A stretch of DNA of 64,000 nt from Cyanobacteriota bacterium (GTDB lineage Bacteria > Acidobacteriota > Vicinamibacteria > Vicinamibacterales > UBA2999), in the NCBI GenBank assembly GCA_019752015.1, contig JAIEMQ010000021.1, forward strand, positions 879 through 64,878, in the 5' to 3' direction. A program made the translations under genes and the position numbers. Shown here piece after piece: positions 63,931 to 64,000 of this stretch (position 1 is the first letter of the stretch; the number at the start of each line of letters is the position of its first letter). The notes beneath the pieces are model-generated. The model was not told the origin of the DNA. It was given only the letters and a program-made list of their open reading frames with translations, and did not search any database.

Positions 63931-64000
63931 GCTTACGCGCTCGCCCAACTAAATAGTGTTGTAGACGATTGTCAGAAAATCGTTCGGCGTCATGAAGCCC

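Overview
GC-rich bacterial chromosomal segment. The strong third-position G/C bias produces many long antisense shadow ORFs. Gene content suggests Acidobacteriota or a related soil phylum: an ADOP-type duplicated FtsX permease, DUF1592/DUF1552-type gene pairs, a sortilin/BNR propeller and many secreted redox proteins. This assignment is inference only. I support about 50 protein genes, one tRNA-Arg(UCG), one REP-flanked RAYT transposase unit, one clear intrinsic terminator and several short repeat elements. There is no rRNA, CRISPR array or obvious prophage. Housekeeping and accessory genes include a transglutaminase-like protein, an ABC exporter, msrA, tctA plus an apparent tctC-tctB fusion, PhzF-like, pdxH, D-aminoacylase, HD-GYP, a ROK kinase, Skp, a SorAB/SoxCD-like sulfite dehydrogenase, a cold-shock protein and a MutS-related ATPase. 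The main finding is at 33.1-52.4 kb. A three-gene module is repeated three times head to tail as diverged paralogues: a large heme-c multidomain protein, a Tat-exported 'HxxSHH' protein, and a secreted ankyrin protein ending in an invariant NNH[KR]C[VI][ST]C. The nine genes are tightly packed and are followed by a putative outer-membrane protein, giving an apparent 10-gene, roughly 19 kb operon of unknown function. The second finding is two paralogous fusions of a CxxCH heme-c domain to a peptidylglycine-monooxygenase-like copper domain with all six Cu-ligand positions present. Each sits near a paralogous secreted protein of unknown function. One also sits near a PAL-like NHL propeller and a HupE/UreJ metal permease. 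All family assignments come from motifs read by eye and need HMM or structure confirmation.
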